64,000 nt of DNA from Minisyncoccia bacterium (GTDB taxonomy: Bacteria; Patescibacteriota; Minisyncoccia; Phycocordibacterales; CAJBRS01), in NCBI GenBank assembly GCA_038215155.1, contig JBBQRF010000001.1, positions 142,205 to 206,204 of the forward strand, given 5' to 3'. The first letter of the stretch is position 1. Every line of letters starts with the position of its first letter. Position numbers and translations under genes: made by a program. The notes below the pieces were generated by a model. It searched no databases. It was not told where the DNA came from and saw nothing but the letters and a program-made list of their open reading frames with translations. This document shows positions 26,688 through 36,535 of this stretch, one piece after another.

Positions 26688-27479
26688 TTACCAGGCCAGC
26701 TTCATAATCCGTCCATGAACCTTTACCCAAACAAAGGCCCGATAGAAAAGAAATGAAATTAAACCGACATAAAAAAGATTTAAAGCGGTACCAACGAGAA
26801 AATAGTTCCAAGGGAAGACACCAGTATGAATAATGCTTCGCATACCCTCAAAAACATAAGACGATGGCAAAAGGTATGAGATGAATTGAATATAATGAGG
26901 TAGGGCAGAGATGGGATAAAAGACGGCGCTGAAAGGCTGGAGAATGAAAATGAGACTGAAGGCGATAATGTTTGCGCCGCTTCCGAATCGAAAAGTAATG
27001 GTGGTGGTAAAAATACCAAGAATCCAGCCGAACAAAAGAAGATTGAGTATAAATGGAATGGTGTAAAATCCGAACTGGAGAATATTAAAGTGGTAAAGTA
27101 GCAAAGAACCAATTCCTAAAACCACACCGCAAATAATAATTCGTACTAAACCAAGCAGGAAAGTGGAAGCAAGAAACTCGCTCACCCGCATCGGACTAAC
27201 AAATATATTCAAAAAGTTCTTCTCCCAAACTTCTTCCATAAAAGCAAAGGAGACCGCCTTCTGCGACTGGCCGAGAAGATCCCAAAATATAATAGCCCCC
27301 AATAGAAGACTGACAATATTAAGGCCGCCGAGGCCACTTTTTTCTAAATAGAGACTGAGAAATCCCCAAACCAAAATTTCTAAAATTGGCCAAAAGAAAA
27401 GATCCATCAGGCGCGGCAAGCTTCGCTTGTATAGATACAAGTGGCGCATTAATAGGGCATTTAAACGATAAATTTTCAT
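26688..27479 (-). CDS. ABC-2 type transporter permease
   Basis: 6-TM ABC-2 permease pattern; adjacent to an ABC ATPase. Confidence 0.7.
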   Translation of the reverse strand: MKIYRLNALLMRHLYLYKRSLPRLMDLFFWPILEILVWGFLSLYLEKSGLGGLNIVSLLLGAIIFWDLLGQSQKAVSFAFMEEVWEKNFLNIFVSPMRVSEFLASTFLLGLVRIIICGVVLGIGSLLLYHFNILQFGFYTIPFILNLLLFGWILGIFTTTITFRFGSGANIIAFSLIFILQPFSAVFYPISALPHYIQFISYLLPSSYVFEGMRSIIHTGVFPWNYFLVGTALNLFYVGLISFLFYRAFVWVKVHGRIMKLAW

Positions 27480-27481
27480 AA

Positions 27482-28222
27482 CTATGATTCTACCTTTTCT
27501 GTCTCCCCTCGAGCAATCATTAGAAAAACATCATTGAGATCATCTCGACCATATTTTTTAACTAATTCGGCCGGCACGCCGTCATCTTTTAATTTGCCCT
27601 GATGAATAAAGATGGCGCGGTCGCAAATCTCTTCTACTTCAGCCATATTGTGCGTGGTGTAGAGAATAGTTACTTTTTTATCTTTTTGAATTTTCTTTAA
27701 CAAAGAGCGAGTGCGGTCGGCAATATCTGGATCTAGAGAAGCTGTTGGTTCATCCAAAAAAAGTAGAGCCGGATCATTCAAAAGGGATTTAGCTAAATTC
27801 AATCGAGTCAATTGTCCTGTGGAGAGCGATGAAGTAAGTTTCGGCAAAAACTCTTTAATATTAAAATATTCAGTCAGCTCATCAATCTTACTCTGAATAT
27901 TTTTGATGCCGTAAAGCCGGCCAAAAGTATAAAGATTTTCCCAGACTTTTAAATTGCCTGGAAGGGCTACATATGGAGATGAAAAATTTACTTTATTGAG
28001 AATTTCTTCTCGGTTATTCTTCATATCCTTGCCAAAAAGTTTAATTGTCCCAGAGGTTGGAATAATTAGATCCAAAAGCATTTGAATAGTGGTAGTCTTC
28101 CCTGCCCCGTTTGGACCAAGAAGCCCAGTAATCGTACCCTCTTCTACGTCGAAAGAAAGATTATCAACGGCGGTAAAATCACCAAATTTCTTCACTAGGT
28201 TTTTCACTTCAAGAATTGCCAT
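27482..28222 (-). CDS. ABC transporter ATP-binding protein
   Basis: Walker A GPNGAGKTT, signature LSTGQLTRLNLAKSL, LFLDEPT. Confidence 0.85.
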   Translation of the reverse strand: MAILEVKNLVKKFGDFTAVDNLSFDVEEGTITGLLGPNGAGKTTTIQMLLDLIIPTSGTIKLFGKDMKNNREEILNKVNFSSPYVALPGNLKVWENLYTFGRLYGIKNIQSKIDELTEYFNIKEFLPKLTSSLSTGQLTRLNLAKSLLNDPALLFLDEPTASLDPDIADRTRSLLKKIQKDKKVTILYTTHNMAEVEEICDRAIFIHQGKLKDDGVPAELVKKYGRDDLNDVFLMIARGETEKVES

Positions 28223-28330
28223 GAATTTTAGATTATCATGACATTTACTTGGCGTCCATTAAAAGATCTGTAATTTAGTTTTTCTTGACTTTAGACTCCT
28301 ACAAATATAGTCTCAAGTTAGAAAGTAATC

Positions 28331-29134
28331 ATGAACAATCAAATACAGATGGAAGCGACAAAGGGTTTCAGTGCTTTAGGCATGAATCCCTATCCTGGAA
28401 GAATCATTATCGTCGGTCTCGATGAAACCGGTGAGAACCTCGTTCAAATTTATGCCATTATGGGCAGGAGTAAGAATAGCCGAAATCGGATCTTTTCCGT
28501 CGATGATGGTCGTCTTTTTACAGAGGCGGCTAATCCAAAAGAGGTTGCCGATCCCTCTTTTATTATTTACAACGCCATGATGGAAAAAGAAGATATTCAT
28601 ATCTCTCAGCGAATTCATGTAGTTAGTAATGGGGCCCAGACTGATCGAGTGGCGGATTCCATGGCTTCTGGAGACTCACTGGGTTTAGCCTTAAGCGAAT
28701 GGGAATATGAACCCGATTCCCCCAATTTTACCCCACGTATTACCGCTTTTAGTTGGTGGAAGAGGGACGGGAGCAATAAGTTAAATTGTCATATGGGAGT
28801 GGCTCTTCTTCGCAAGGCCATCGAGGGAGGGTCTTGTGATCAGTCTTTCTTTTTTTATGACAATTATCCGCCAAATTTGAAAGGCGAGTCTCAAGAGAGT
28901 ATTCCCGCTGGATACGGAGTGATGGTACATACCTATCTGGGGGAGGGAGATCCCTTACCAGCTTTTCGAGGAGAACCGCGTTACGTTCCTCTTGAGGGTA
29001 ATATTGACCAGCTGTTGGATAGATATTGGGAAGTTCTCAATAAAGAAAACCGCATATCACTTGCGGTGAAATTCATTCCGCCGGATCAACATTCCTCGAT
29101 CATTAGAATCAAGAATCAGTACGCAAAAATTTAA
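28331..29134 (+). CDS. purO: PurO-like (archaeal-type) IMP cyclohydrolase
   Basis: PurO-type motifs GRIIIVGLDETGENLVQIYAIMGRSKNSRNR, VSNGAQTD and NFTPRI. Confidence 0.5.
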   Translation: MNNQIQMEATKGFSALGMNPYPGRIIIVGLDETGENLVQIYAIMGRSKNSRNRIFSVDDGRLFTEAANPKEVADPSFIIYNAMMEKEDIHISQRIHVVSNGAQTDRVADSMASGDSLGLALSEWEYEPDSPNFTPRITAFSWWKRDGSNKLNCHMGVALLRKAIEGGSCDQSFFFYDNYPPNLKGESQESIPAGYGVMVHTYLGEGDPLPAFRGEPRYVPLEGNIDQLLDRYWEVLNKENRISLAVKFIPPDQHSSIIRIKNQYAKI

Positions 29135-29151
29135 TCCGTCTTAGTCTTCTC

Positions 29152-29177
29152 AGCATCCAAGGATGCTATTTTTATTT
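29152..29177. terminator. rho-independent terminator between convergent purO-like gene and secA
   Basis: agcatcc-aa-ggatgct followed by a T-tract. Confidence 0.55.
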
Positions 29178-29182
29178 AAAAA

Positions 29183-31666
29183 TTACTTTTTTCCAGCCAA
29201 ATTCTGCTGATGCTCATCTGTATTCTTCAGGCCGCAATTTTTGAATTTCTTGCCTGAGCCGCAGAAACATGGATCATTGCGGCCAATTTTATCTTGAGAG
29301 TTGTCCGGGATGGTATTTGCTTTCAATTCAATGATTGGTGCTGGATTCCCGACGGAAAACACGCCATTTCCCATATTAGGAATTGCTTCTAGGATGGATA
29401 GGTTAATAGAGCGCTGCATCTCTTTAAATAATTTAAGTCCTTCCCTTTTATATTCAACTAAAGGATCTCGTTGGCCATAAGCTCGTAAGTTTACTGAGCT
29501 CCTTGTGTAATCCATCACTTCTAAGTGATCGACCCAGAAGAGATCTATTGTCTGCATAAATATTCTTCGGATACCTGAGTAGAATTGTTCGGGCCCTAGC
29601 TCAAGTTTTTTCTTCTCAATTTTTTCTGCTTCCTCGGCAGTGGCTTCCTTTTCTATTTCTTGTAAAACTTCCTTTACAGCCATTTGATCCCCTAATAAAA
29701 TTTTACGCCGTCTTTCGTAAACCACTTGTCTTTGAGAATTCAACACGTCGTCATATTCCAAAACATGTTTTCGGGCGTCAAAATTAAAACCTTCAATTTT
29801 TGTTTGAGCATTTTCGAGCGCCCTTGTAATTAATCTATTTTCAATTGGTTGATCTTCCGGAATACCAAATCGTCCCATCATATTCTTAATAGTGTCTGTA
29901 GCAAAAATCCGCATTAAACTGTCTTCGAGTGACACAAAAAACTGGGTGGCGCCAGGATCACCCTGGCGACCTGATCGTCCTCGAAGTTGGTTATCGATTC
30001 GTCTAGCCTCGTGTCTTTCGGTACCTAAGACAAACAGACCACCAAGATCTTTAATCTCTTGGAATTCGGCGGCGCCCGGAGTGGCGCCGCCTAACTTAAT
30101 ATCCACTCCCCTTCCCGCCATGTTTGTAGAAATGGTCACCGCCCCTTTCTTGCCCGCTTCAGCAATAATCTCCCCTTCTCTTTCGGCGTACTCTGGTTTT
30201 GCATTAAGAATCTGGTGTTTAATTCCTTCTCTTTTCAAATAAGCAGATAGCAATTCATTCTTCTCAATAGAGACAGTGCCCACTAAAACTGGCTGACCAG
30301 TCTCATTTAATTCCTTAATTTTCTTAGCAATGGCAATGAATTTTCCTTTTTCCGTTTGAAATATCTGGTCATTTTCATCTAGTCTGACAACCGGCTTGTT
30401 AGTTGGTACTTCTATGACATCTAAACCATAAACCTTAAAAAACTCTTCGGCATTAGTTTTGGCCGTTCCCGTCATCCCAGAAAGTTTGGAATAGAGACGG
30501 AAATAATTTTGAAAAGTAATCGAGGCATAAGTGCGAGATTCTTTTTGGACCCGCACCCCTTCCTTCGCTTCAATAGCCTGATGAAGTCCTTCCGACCACC
30601 GGCGACCAAGCTGAAGGCGGCCAGTAAATTCGTCAACGATGATGATCTGATTGTCTTTAATAACGTAATCTTTGTCCCTTTCAAAAAGAGCCCGAGCCCG
30701 TACTGAAGTTTCCAAATGATGAACGTATTTAATTCCTTTTTCTGTATATATATTTTCTACTCCAAGTAACTTCTCGGCTAAATCAATCCCTTCTTCGGTT
30801 AAACTAATGGCTCGAAGTTTTTCATCCACTATAAAATGTTTCTCCTTTTCCAACTTGCGAGCAATAGTGGCAAAGGTGCCATAGAGATCTTCTGACTCAG
30901 TAGTAGGCATGGAAATAATAAGCGGAGTCCTAGCTTCATCAATTAAAATGGAATCCACTTCATCAACAATGGCGAAGTTATAGGGTCGCTGGCGGAGATT
31001 CTGAATATCATATTCGATATTGTCTCGCAAATAATCAAATCCGAATTCATTATTCGTTCCATAAGTAATGTCGGCATTATAGGCCTCACCTCGACTGACT
31101 GGTCGCAAAAATTCATAAACTATTTTAAAAGAAGCCACTTCATCCCGTTTTTCATCTAATTCTCGGTGAGCCATATCATATACATAAGAAGTGTCTTGAT
31201 TGATTACTCCCACGGTAAGACCTAGGAAGGAGTAGATTTCTCCCATCCATACTGCGTCTCGGCGGGATAGATAGTCATTTACAGTTACAACGTGCACACC
31301 CTTACCACTTAAGGCGTTGAGGTAGGAAGGTAGAGTAGCCACCAATGTCTTACCTTCTCCGGTTTTCATCTCGGCAATTTTTCCTTCGTGAATGATCATA
31401 CCTCCAATTAGCTGCACATCAAACGGTCGTTGCTTAACGGTTCTTTTGGCGGCTTCTCGGACTACGGCAAAAGCTTCCGGCAGCAAAGCTTCCAAGCTTT
31501 CGCCTTTTCCAATTCGTCCTTTAAATTCAGTGGTTTTCTCTTTTAAATCAGAGTCAGAAAGACTGCTTAGTTTTTCTTCAAAGGCATTAATTTCTTCCAC
31601 TCGAGGGGTGTAATTTTTCAGCACTTTCGAGGGGGAACCACTGAAGAGATTTTTAAGAGAAATCAT
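29183..31666 (-). CDS. secA: preprotein translocase ATPase SecA
   Basis: DEAD motor domains; C-terminal Zn finger CFCGSGKKFKNCG. Confidence 0.95.
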   Translation of the reverse strand: MISLKNLFSGSPSKVLKNYTPRVEEINAFEEKLSSLSDSDLKEKTTEFKGRIGKGESLEALLPEAFAVVREAAKRTVKQRPFDVQLIGGMIIHEGKIAEMKTGEGKTLVATLPSYLNALSGKGVHVVTVNDYLSRRDAVWMGEIYSFLGLTVGVINQDTSYVYDMAHRELDEKRDEVASFKIVYEFLRPVSRGEAYNADITYGTNNEFGFDYLRDNIEYDIQNLRQRPYNFAIVDEVDSILIDEARTPLIISMPTTESEDLYGTFATIARKLEKEKHFIVDEKLRAISLTEEGIDLAEKLLGVENIYTEKGIKYVHHLETSVRARALFERDKDYVIKDNQIIIVDEFTGRLQLGRRWSEGLHQAIEAKEGVRVQKESRTYASITFQNYFRLYSKLSGMTGTAKTNAEEFFKVYGLDVIEVPTNKPVVRLDENDQIFQTEKGKFIAIAKKIKELNETGQPVLVGTVSIEKNELLSAYLKREGIKHQILNAKPEYAEREGEIIAEAGKKGAVTISTNMAGRGVDIKLGGATPGAAEFQEIKDLGGLFVLGTERHEARRIDNQLRGRSGRQGDPGATQFFVSLEDSLMRIFATDTIKNMMGRFGIPEDQPIENRLITRALENAQTKIEGFNFDARKHVLEYDDVLNSQRQVVYERRRKILLGDQMAVKEVLQEIEKEATAEEAEKIEKKKLELGPEQFYSGIRRIFMQTIDLFWVDHLEVMDYTRSSVNLRAYGQRDPLVEYKREGLKLFKEMQRSINLSILEAIPNMGNGVFSVGNPAPIIELKANTIPDNSQDKIGRNDPCFCGSGKKFKNCGLKNTDEHQQNLAGKK

Positions 31667-31700
31667 AGAAAGATACTATAACATACAAAATTCCTTGAAA

Positions 31701-31781
31701 ACTCCGCAGAAAGCTCTGGGCGGAGAGTAAGACTTGGCCTAGCGGCCCGGAGCGCTCTCCGCCCAGAGCTTTCTGCGGAGT
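31701..31781. promoter_or_regulatory. 27-nt perfect inverted repeat (actccgcagaaagctctgggcggagag / complement) with 27-nt spacer, in the secA leader
   Basis: Direct reading; the arms are exact reverse complements. Confidence 0.5.
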
Positions 31782-31825
31782 TTGTGATGGGGTTTGTGAC
31801 ATTTTCATATCAATAAAAATAGAAA

Positions 31826-31854
31826 GCAAAAACCCCTCTTTCGAGGGGTTTTTG
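31826..31854. terminator. bidirectional terminator (cccctc-ttt-cgagggg flanked by A5 and T5)
   Basis: Direct reading. Confidence 0.55.
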
Positions 31855-31873
31855 CTTAGTGAGAAGAAGGCAA

Positions 31874-31966
31874 TTATCGTCGTCGTTTTGCTGCCTTCTT
31901 TGCCTTTCGCTTTGGAGCGGCCTTTTTCTTTGTCACTTTCTTAGCCTTTTTCTTTTTTGCTGCCAT
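31874..31966 (-). CDS. 30-aa Lys/Ala-rich basic peptide MAAKKKKAKKVTKKKAAPKRKAKKAAKRRR
   Basis: Tiny ORF below the ORF-track length cutoff, followed by the terminator at 31826-31854. Speculative. Confidence 0.25.
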   Translation of the reverse strand: MAAKKKKAKKVTKKKAAPKRKAKKAAKRRR

Positions 31967-32220
31967 AGTATTTTTTATCGTCTTTTCTACCTTCATTTCA
32001 ATTTGCTTTAAAGAACGCTGTGAGAATGAGATAAATCTGACGAGAGATTATTTTTTAATAGGTTTTCCGATTAAAAATTTTTCGACCCTATTCTTAATTC
32101 TGCCTAATCCCTTAAAGCAGGAATTAAAATAGAATTAAAAATTTTTATGAAAACTTAATATAATTATCTAATACCTGCGCTCAATTACAATGGTTTTATA
32201 AATTAAAGTGTGGATAAGTA

Positions 32221-32263
32221 ATTAGTGCGAAAATATTTTTCAGAAAAATATTTTCGCACTAAT
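32221..32263. promoter_or_regulatory. 43-nt perfect palindrome (20-nt arms around a cag centre): attagtgcgaaaatattttt cag aaaaatattttcgcactaat
   Basis: Direct reading; AT-rich, operator-like or a hairpin. Confidence 0.45.
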
Positions 32264-32444
32264 CCCGCCACTTCTAAAATTTCTTCGCTTTTTAATTTTA
32301 GAAACCTAAAAAAACATTTTAAAATATCAAATAAAAAATCCTGTCGATAAATGGTTAGCGGGTGCTAGCTCCAAAGTAAACATCTTATGTGAGTGCAGCC
32401 GCTAACCGTCCATTGACAGGATTTACTACCATTCTATCAGCAAA

Positions 32445-32474
32445 ACAAAAACCCCGTCAAAGACGGGGTTTTTG
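32445..32474. terminator. bidirectional terminator (ccccgtc-aaa-gacgggg flanked by A and T tracts)
   Basis: Direct reading. Confidence 0.55.
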
Positions 32475-32929
32475 CGATGTTTACTTTGTGGTGAGCTAAC
32501 CATTAATAATCAACTCTCACACGTAGGTCTACTATAGCATACTCTGCTCAAAAAAGCAACCACCCCCCCTAAACGACCTACTTGAGTTTGACTTTCTCTA
32601 TGACAAACCTTTATTATTCCTCCTAGATTATGAATCTTTCTCCTCCTAAATGCCGTAAGTGCCGGGACAAAGGCAAAATAGTGCGTGCTCGATCAACTTT
32701 TCCATGTGAATGCCCTTCAGTACTGACCGCAGAGTTCCCTTTTGCCGGTATCGCCGGGCCCATTACCGGAGCGGAAATTAAAAGACATTTCGCCCCTAAC
32801 TGCCCCCAACCTGTCTTTCTCGGTTTAAGAAGAATTCCAGTCGATTATTTTCGACGAAGGATTGAGGAAATTTACGGCTCACCTGCCACGGTGCCAGCTA
32901 GCAGCTAACCCCATCAAATTTGGTGGTTT

Positions 32930-33217
32930 TTATTTTGTTTTTAATTTTTTAATGCTAACCGAATTTGTCTTAGACGTATTCTTGATAAGCTTTAATTTCT
33001 CTTCTCTCCGCCAGCCTTTAATTTCATACTCTCTTCCTCTGGCTTCTTTTAGGGTATCGAATTTTTCAGAGTATAAAAGTTTGACCGGTCTTCTTATTTT
33101 TGTGTAATGTGCTCCTTGCTTTGAATTGTTATGTTGAATGAGTCTCCTTTCTAGGTCGTTGGTGCAACCTGCGTACAAACTTTTATCAGCACATTCGAGG
33201 ATATAGGTGTAGTACAT
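32930..33217 (-). CDS. GIY-YIG nuclease family protein (UPF0213-like)
   Basis: YYTYILECADKSLYAGCTNDLERRLIQHN GIY-YIG motif. Confidence 0.75.
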   Translation of the reverse strand: MYYTYILECADKSLYAGCTNDLERRLIQHNNSKQGAHYTKIRRPVKLLYSEKFDTLKEARGREYEIKGWRREEKLKLIKNTSKTNSVSIKKLKTK

Positions 33218-33330
33218 GAAAGCTTTCTTGATTAACTATAGTGTACCAGAATGAGCCATCTCGCTCGCTATATTTGTAAATTGCCAATATGTATTCTAGA
33301 ATAAAAAGAAATTAATAAAATAAAAAAAAT

Positions 33331-33807
33331 ATGACATCAAAAAATACTATTTGTCTTTGGTTTGATAAGGATGCGGAAAATGCAGCGAACTTTTATGCTG
33401 CTACTTTTCCCGATAGCAAAGTAACTGGTGTTTATCATGCGCCTGGCGATTATCCGAGCGGCAAGAAAGGCGACGTGCTTACGGTAGAGTTCACCGTTTG
33501 TGGAATTCCTTGTATGGGCCTGAATGGCGGTCCCGTATTCAAGCAAACCGAGGCATTTTCTTTTCAGATTGCAACGGACAATCAGGAAGAGACCGATCGT
33601 TATTGGAACGCCATCGTTGAAAATGGTGGAGAAGAAAGCGAATGTGGATGGTGTCGTGACCGCTGGGGAGTTTCATGGCAAATTACTCCCCGTACACTAA
33701 CTGAGGCACTTACCATTGGTGGTGCAGAAGCTGAACGCGCTTTTAAAGCGATGATGGAAATGAAAAAAATCGACGTTGCTACTATTGATGCGGCGCGGAA
33801 AGGCTGA
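33331..33807 (+). CDS. VOC-family protein (PhnB/3-demethylubiquinone-9 3-methyltransferase-like domain)
   Basis: ICLWFDKDAENAANFYAATFPDSKV...VEFTVCGIPCMGLNGGP pattern. Confidence 0.65.
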   Translation: MTSKNTICLWFDKDAENAANFYAATFPDSKVTGVYHAPGDYPSGKKGDVLTVEFTVCGIPCMGLNGGPVFKQTEAFSFQIATDNQEETDRYWNAIVENGGEESECGWCRDRWGVSWQITPRTLTEALTIGGAEAERAFKAMMEMKKIDVATIDAARKG

Positions 33808-34132
33808 GCGGAGAACTAGTTTTTATAGTCGCTACGCTCGTTAACTATTATTCACGCCAACTCAAAGATTCGTCGGCGCGCTGAAATTTTATAGTCAGTC
33901 GTGCCTCCTTATAATTATCTACGTCGAAATGTACTCATTTCGACGCGATTTTTACGCTTAAAAATCGGCTGCGGGACTAGGAAAAGTCTTAATAATAGAG
34001 TGCCACATACATTAGAGTATCGTTTCTTCTTTTCATAGAGTTACTCGAACCCTGTTAAGTATCTAGGTTCCCAACTTTAGGCCCCAAGCAACTGAAATTG
34101 ACATATAAAAAAAAATATGCCAATTTCAGTTG

Positions 34133-34203
34133 CTGCGGGACTAGGACTCGAACCTAGATACGCAGATCCAGAATCTGCAGTCCTACCATTAGACGATCCC
34201 GCA
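34133..34203 (-). tRNA. tRNA-Gln(CUG)
   Basis: Cloverleaf TGCGGGA-TC-GTCT..GGAC-GCAGA-TTCTGGA-TCTGC-..CTAGG-TTCGAGT-CCTAG-TCCCGCA-G; no CCA encoded. Confidence 0.85.
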
Positions 34204-34428
34204 ATATATTAAAATTATTACATTCTCTTAACCTATTAACATTATACTGACTCTGTTGCGGACTGCCGATGTATACGCCCATCGGCACTGCTGTTTACGG
34301 GAACACTCGCAAAGCTTCGTGTGTAAACAAGGAGCCTACCATTAGACGATCCCGCAATAGATGGGCTTTAGAATATCTTTTTTAGGATTGGAAATCAAAT
34401 AAATAAAAAGATCTGCGCCAGCTCAGAT

Positions 34429-34743
34429 CTACAGCTCTATGCTTTCTGGCACAGGCCCAGCTAATTCACTCATCGTCTGATGACGGATTTGTTCCGTCCA
34501 ACAATTCTTTTGGACGACAAGTCCGCAATTCTTGCAGACTTTTTCATTGGTACAATACAAAAAAGAACCCGAAAAAAATATCCCTCCCACGTTTTCTACC
34601 GGCTGTTGTGACCTTATCACTCTGTGTTCGGTATTATTTCTCCAGCATTTCCGACAAATCTTATCGTCGGCGTATTTGACGGCAAAAGCCATCAGAATAG
34701 CAGCGACTAATAAGCCAACTACAATTAGTATGGGAATTAACAT
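34429..34743 (-). CDS. small membrane protein with two CxxC pairs (zinc-ribbon-like)
   Basis: N-terminal TM; CRKC...CKNC. Confidence 0.35.
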   Translation of the reverse strand: MLIPILIVVGLLVAAILMAFAVKYADDKICRKCWRNNTEHRVIRSQQPVENVGGIFFSGSFLYCTNEKVCKNCGLVVQKNCWTEQIRHQTMSELAGPVPESIEL

Positions 34744-34787
34744 ATTATTCTAAAAATAGGTTATGCCACTTTCAATAAATAGTCAAT

Positions 34788-36446
34788 TTATTTTCGTCTG
34801 GAGGCCACTTTAATGAAGGCAGTGAAAAGTGGATGGGGGCGTAAAGGGCGAGCTAAAAATTCTGGATGAAATTGTGTGCCGATAAAAAACGGATGTGAAG
34901 TCCGAGGCAATTCAGCAATCTCCATTAACTTGCCGTCAGGTGATGTTCCGGAAAATATTAATCCTGCCTTTTCAATTTCTTCCACATACTTACTATTTAC
35001 TTCGTATCGGTGGCGGTGGCGTTCGGATATGGTGAGAGGGCGCGTCTTTCGCGCGCCCTCTTCGTAGGCCTCAGCAGCAATAGTCCCTTTCTTTAGTTTG
35101 CATGGATAAGCACCTAGTCTCATCGAAGCGCCATACCTTCCTTCTTCCATGTGGCGCTTCTGATGCTCCATAATATCAATGACGGGATTTTTAGTTCGCT
35201 GATCAATTTCCGTGGTGTTCGCATCTTTCAATTTCAAAACGTTACGAGCATATTCCACTACCATGAGCTGCATGCCATAACATAGGCCTAGGTACGGGAT
35301 GTTATTTTCTCGAGCAAATTGAATAACTTTTAATTTGCCGGCAATGCCCGTTTCTCCAAAACCGCCTGGCACTAGAACGCCGTCATATTTTTTTAGTTCT
35401 TTCACTTTTGCTAGATTATTTTCAAAATGTTTAGAATTTAGCCAAGTTAATTTGACCCTCACGCCGCTCGCATAGGCGGAAAATTTAATTGCCTCAATCA
35501 CTGAAACGTAGGCGTCCAACAGCACAAAATTCCCTGTATCAAAATATTTTCCCACTACAGCAATATTAATAATCTTCTTACCATTCTTCGAGCGGCGGAC
35601 AAAAGCCACCCAATCGCGCAGATTGGTCGGCTTTTTTTTCATTTTCAAGAGATCCGTCAGATGATCTCCTAACTTATCCTTTTCAAAATTAAGCGGTACG
35701 TCATAAATACTTTCAATATCAGGGGCAGAGATAACATTTCCAGCAGGAATATTGCAGGAAAGCGCTAGCTTTTCTTTACGCTTCTTATCCAAAGGCACTT
35801 CGCTCCGCGCAATGATTAAATCCGTCTGAACACCATAGGAATTAAGTTGACGAATGGCATTCTGAGTAGGCTTAGTCTTCATCTCGCCAATTTTATTCGG
35901 AATCGGCAAGAAGCTGACCATAATAAATAAGACGTTCTGTGGATGCTTCACCTTTAATACGCGAGCTGCCTCAATGAACATGATGTTCTGATAATCACCC
36001 ACTGTGCCACCAATCTCAATAATAGAAATATCAGATTTATTATTTCGCGCAGCGCTTTCGTAACGATGAATGATCTCATCGCGAATGGTGTCCGCGTCAA
36101 TGCAGCGACCACCATAGCCAAGTGCTCTTTCTTTATCAATGACGTGTTTATAGATCATGCCACTTGTCATATAATCCCCATTCGAAAGGTCTCTATTCAT
36201 AAAACGCTCATAATTGCCCATGTCCTGATCTGTCTCTAGACCGCTATTTAAAACAAAAACCTCACCGTGTTCGGTGGGGTTCATGGTGCCGGCATCAACA
36301 TTCAGATACGGATCTACTTTAATGATATTAACGTTGAATCCTTTTGCAGCGAGGATGGTGCCAATAGAGGAAGTGGTAATGCCTTTGCCGACGCCGCTCA
36401 TCACTCCTCCAATAACAAAGATATATTTGTGCTTTCCACTTTTCAT
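34788..36446 (-). CDS. pyrG: CTP synthase
   Basis: N-terminal KYIFVIGGVMSGVGKGITTSSIG; C-terminal glutamine amidotransferase domain with GLCYGMQ. Confidence 0.95.
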   Translation of the reverse strand: MKSGKHKYIFVIGGVMSGVGKGITTSSIGTILAAKGFNVNIIKVDPYLNVDAGTMNPTEHGEVFVLNSGLETDQDMGNYERFMNRDLSNGDYMTSGMIYKHVIDKERALGYGGRCIDADTIRDEIIHRYESAARNNKSDISIIEIGGTVGDYQNIMFIEAARVLKVKHPQNVLFIMVSFLPIPNKIGEMKTKPTQNAIRQLNSYGVQTDLIIARSEVPLDKKRKEKLALSCNIPAGNVISAPDIESIYDVPLNFEKDKLGDHLTDLLKMKKKPTNLRDWVAFVRRSKNGKKIINIAVVGKYFDTGNFVLLDAYVSVIEAIKFSAYASGVRVKLTWLNSKHFENNLAKVKELKKYDGVLVPGGFGETGIAGKLKVIQFARENNIPYLGLCYGMQLMVVEYARNVLKLKDANTTEIDQRTKNPVIDIMEHQKRHMEEGRYGASMRLGAYPCKLKKGTIAAEAYEEGARKTRPLTISERHRHRYEVNSKYVEEIEKAGLIFSGTSPDGKLMEIAELPRTSHPFFIGTQFHPEFLARPLRPHPLFTAFIKVASRRK

Positions 36447-36535
36447 TCATCTTATTTTAGCGCAAAAGAAGACGGTGGCAACTGGGGAAAGCTTAATTGA
36501 TTTATCAGAGAAGTGTTGTATCCTTGAAAATAGAA

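Noticed and set aside
32630-32908. 92-aa ORF MNLSPPKCRKCRDKGKIVRARSTFPCECPS...
   Set aside because: The Cys/Pro/Arg-rich composition and locally raised GC are unlike this genome's proteins, and it lies in the palindrome-rich noncoding segment. Not called as CDS; flagged instead as a possible ncRNA region. I looked for RNase P P4, SRP domain IV and tmRNA signatures there and did not find convincing matches
34250-34365. Possibility that the tRNA-Gln 5'-half copy plus downstream sequence is a second, intron-containing tRNA
   Set aside because: No matching 3' half (T-arm/acceptor) could be found in the 130-nt spacer; only hairpins unrelated to a T-loop are present. It is treated as a partial duplicate or att-like scar
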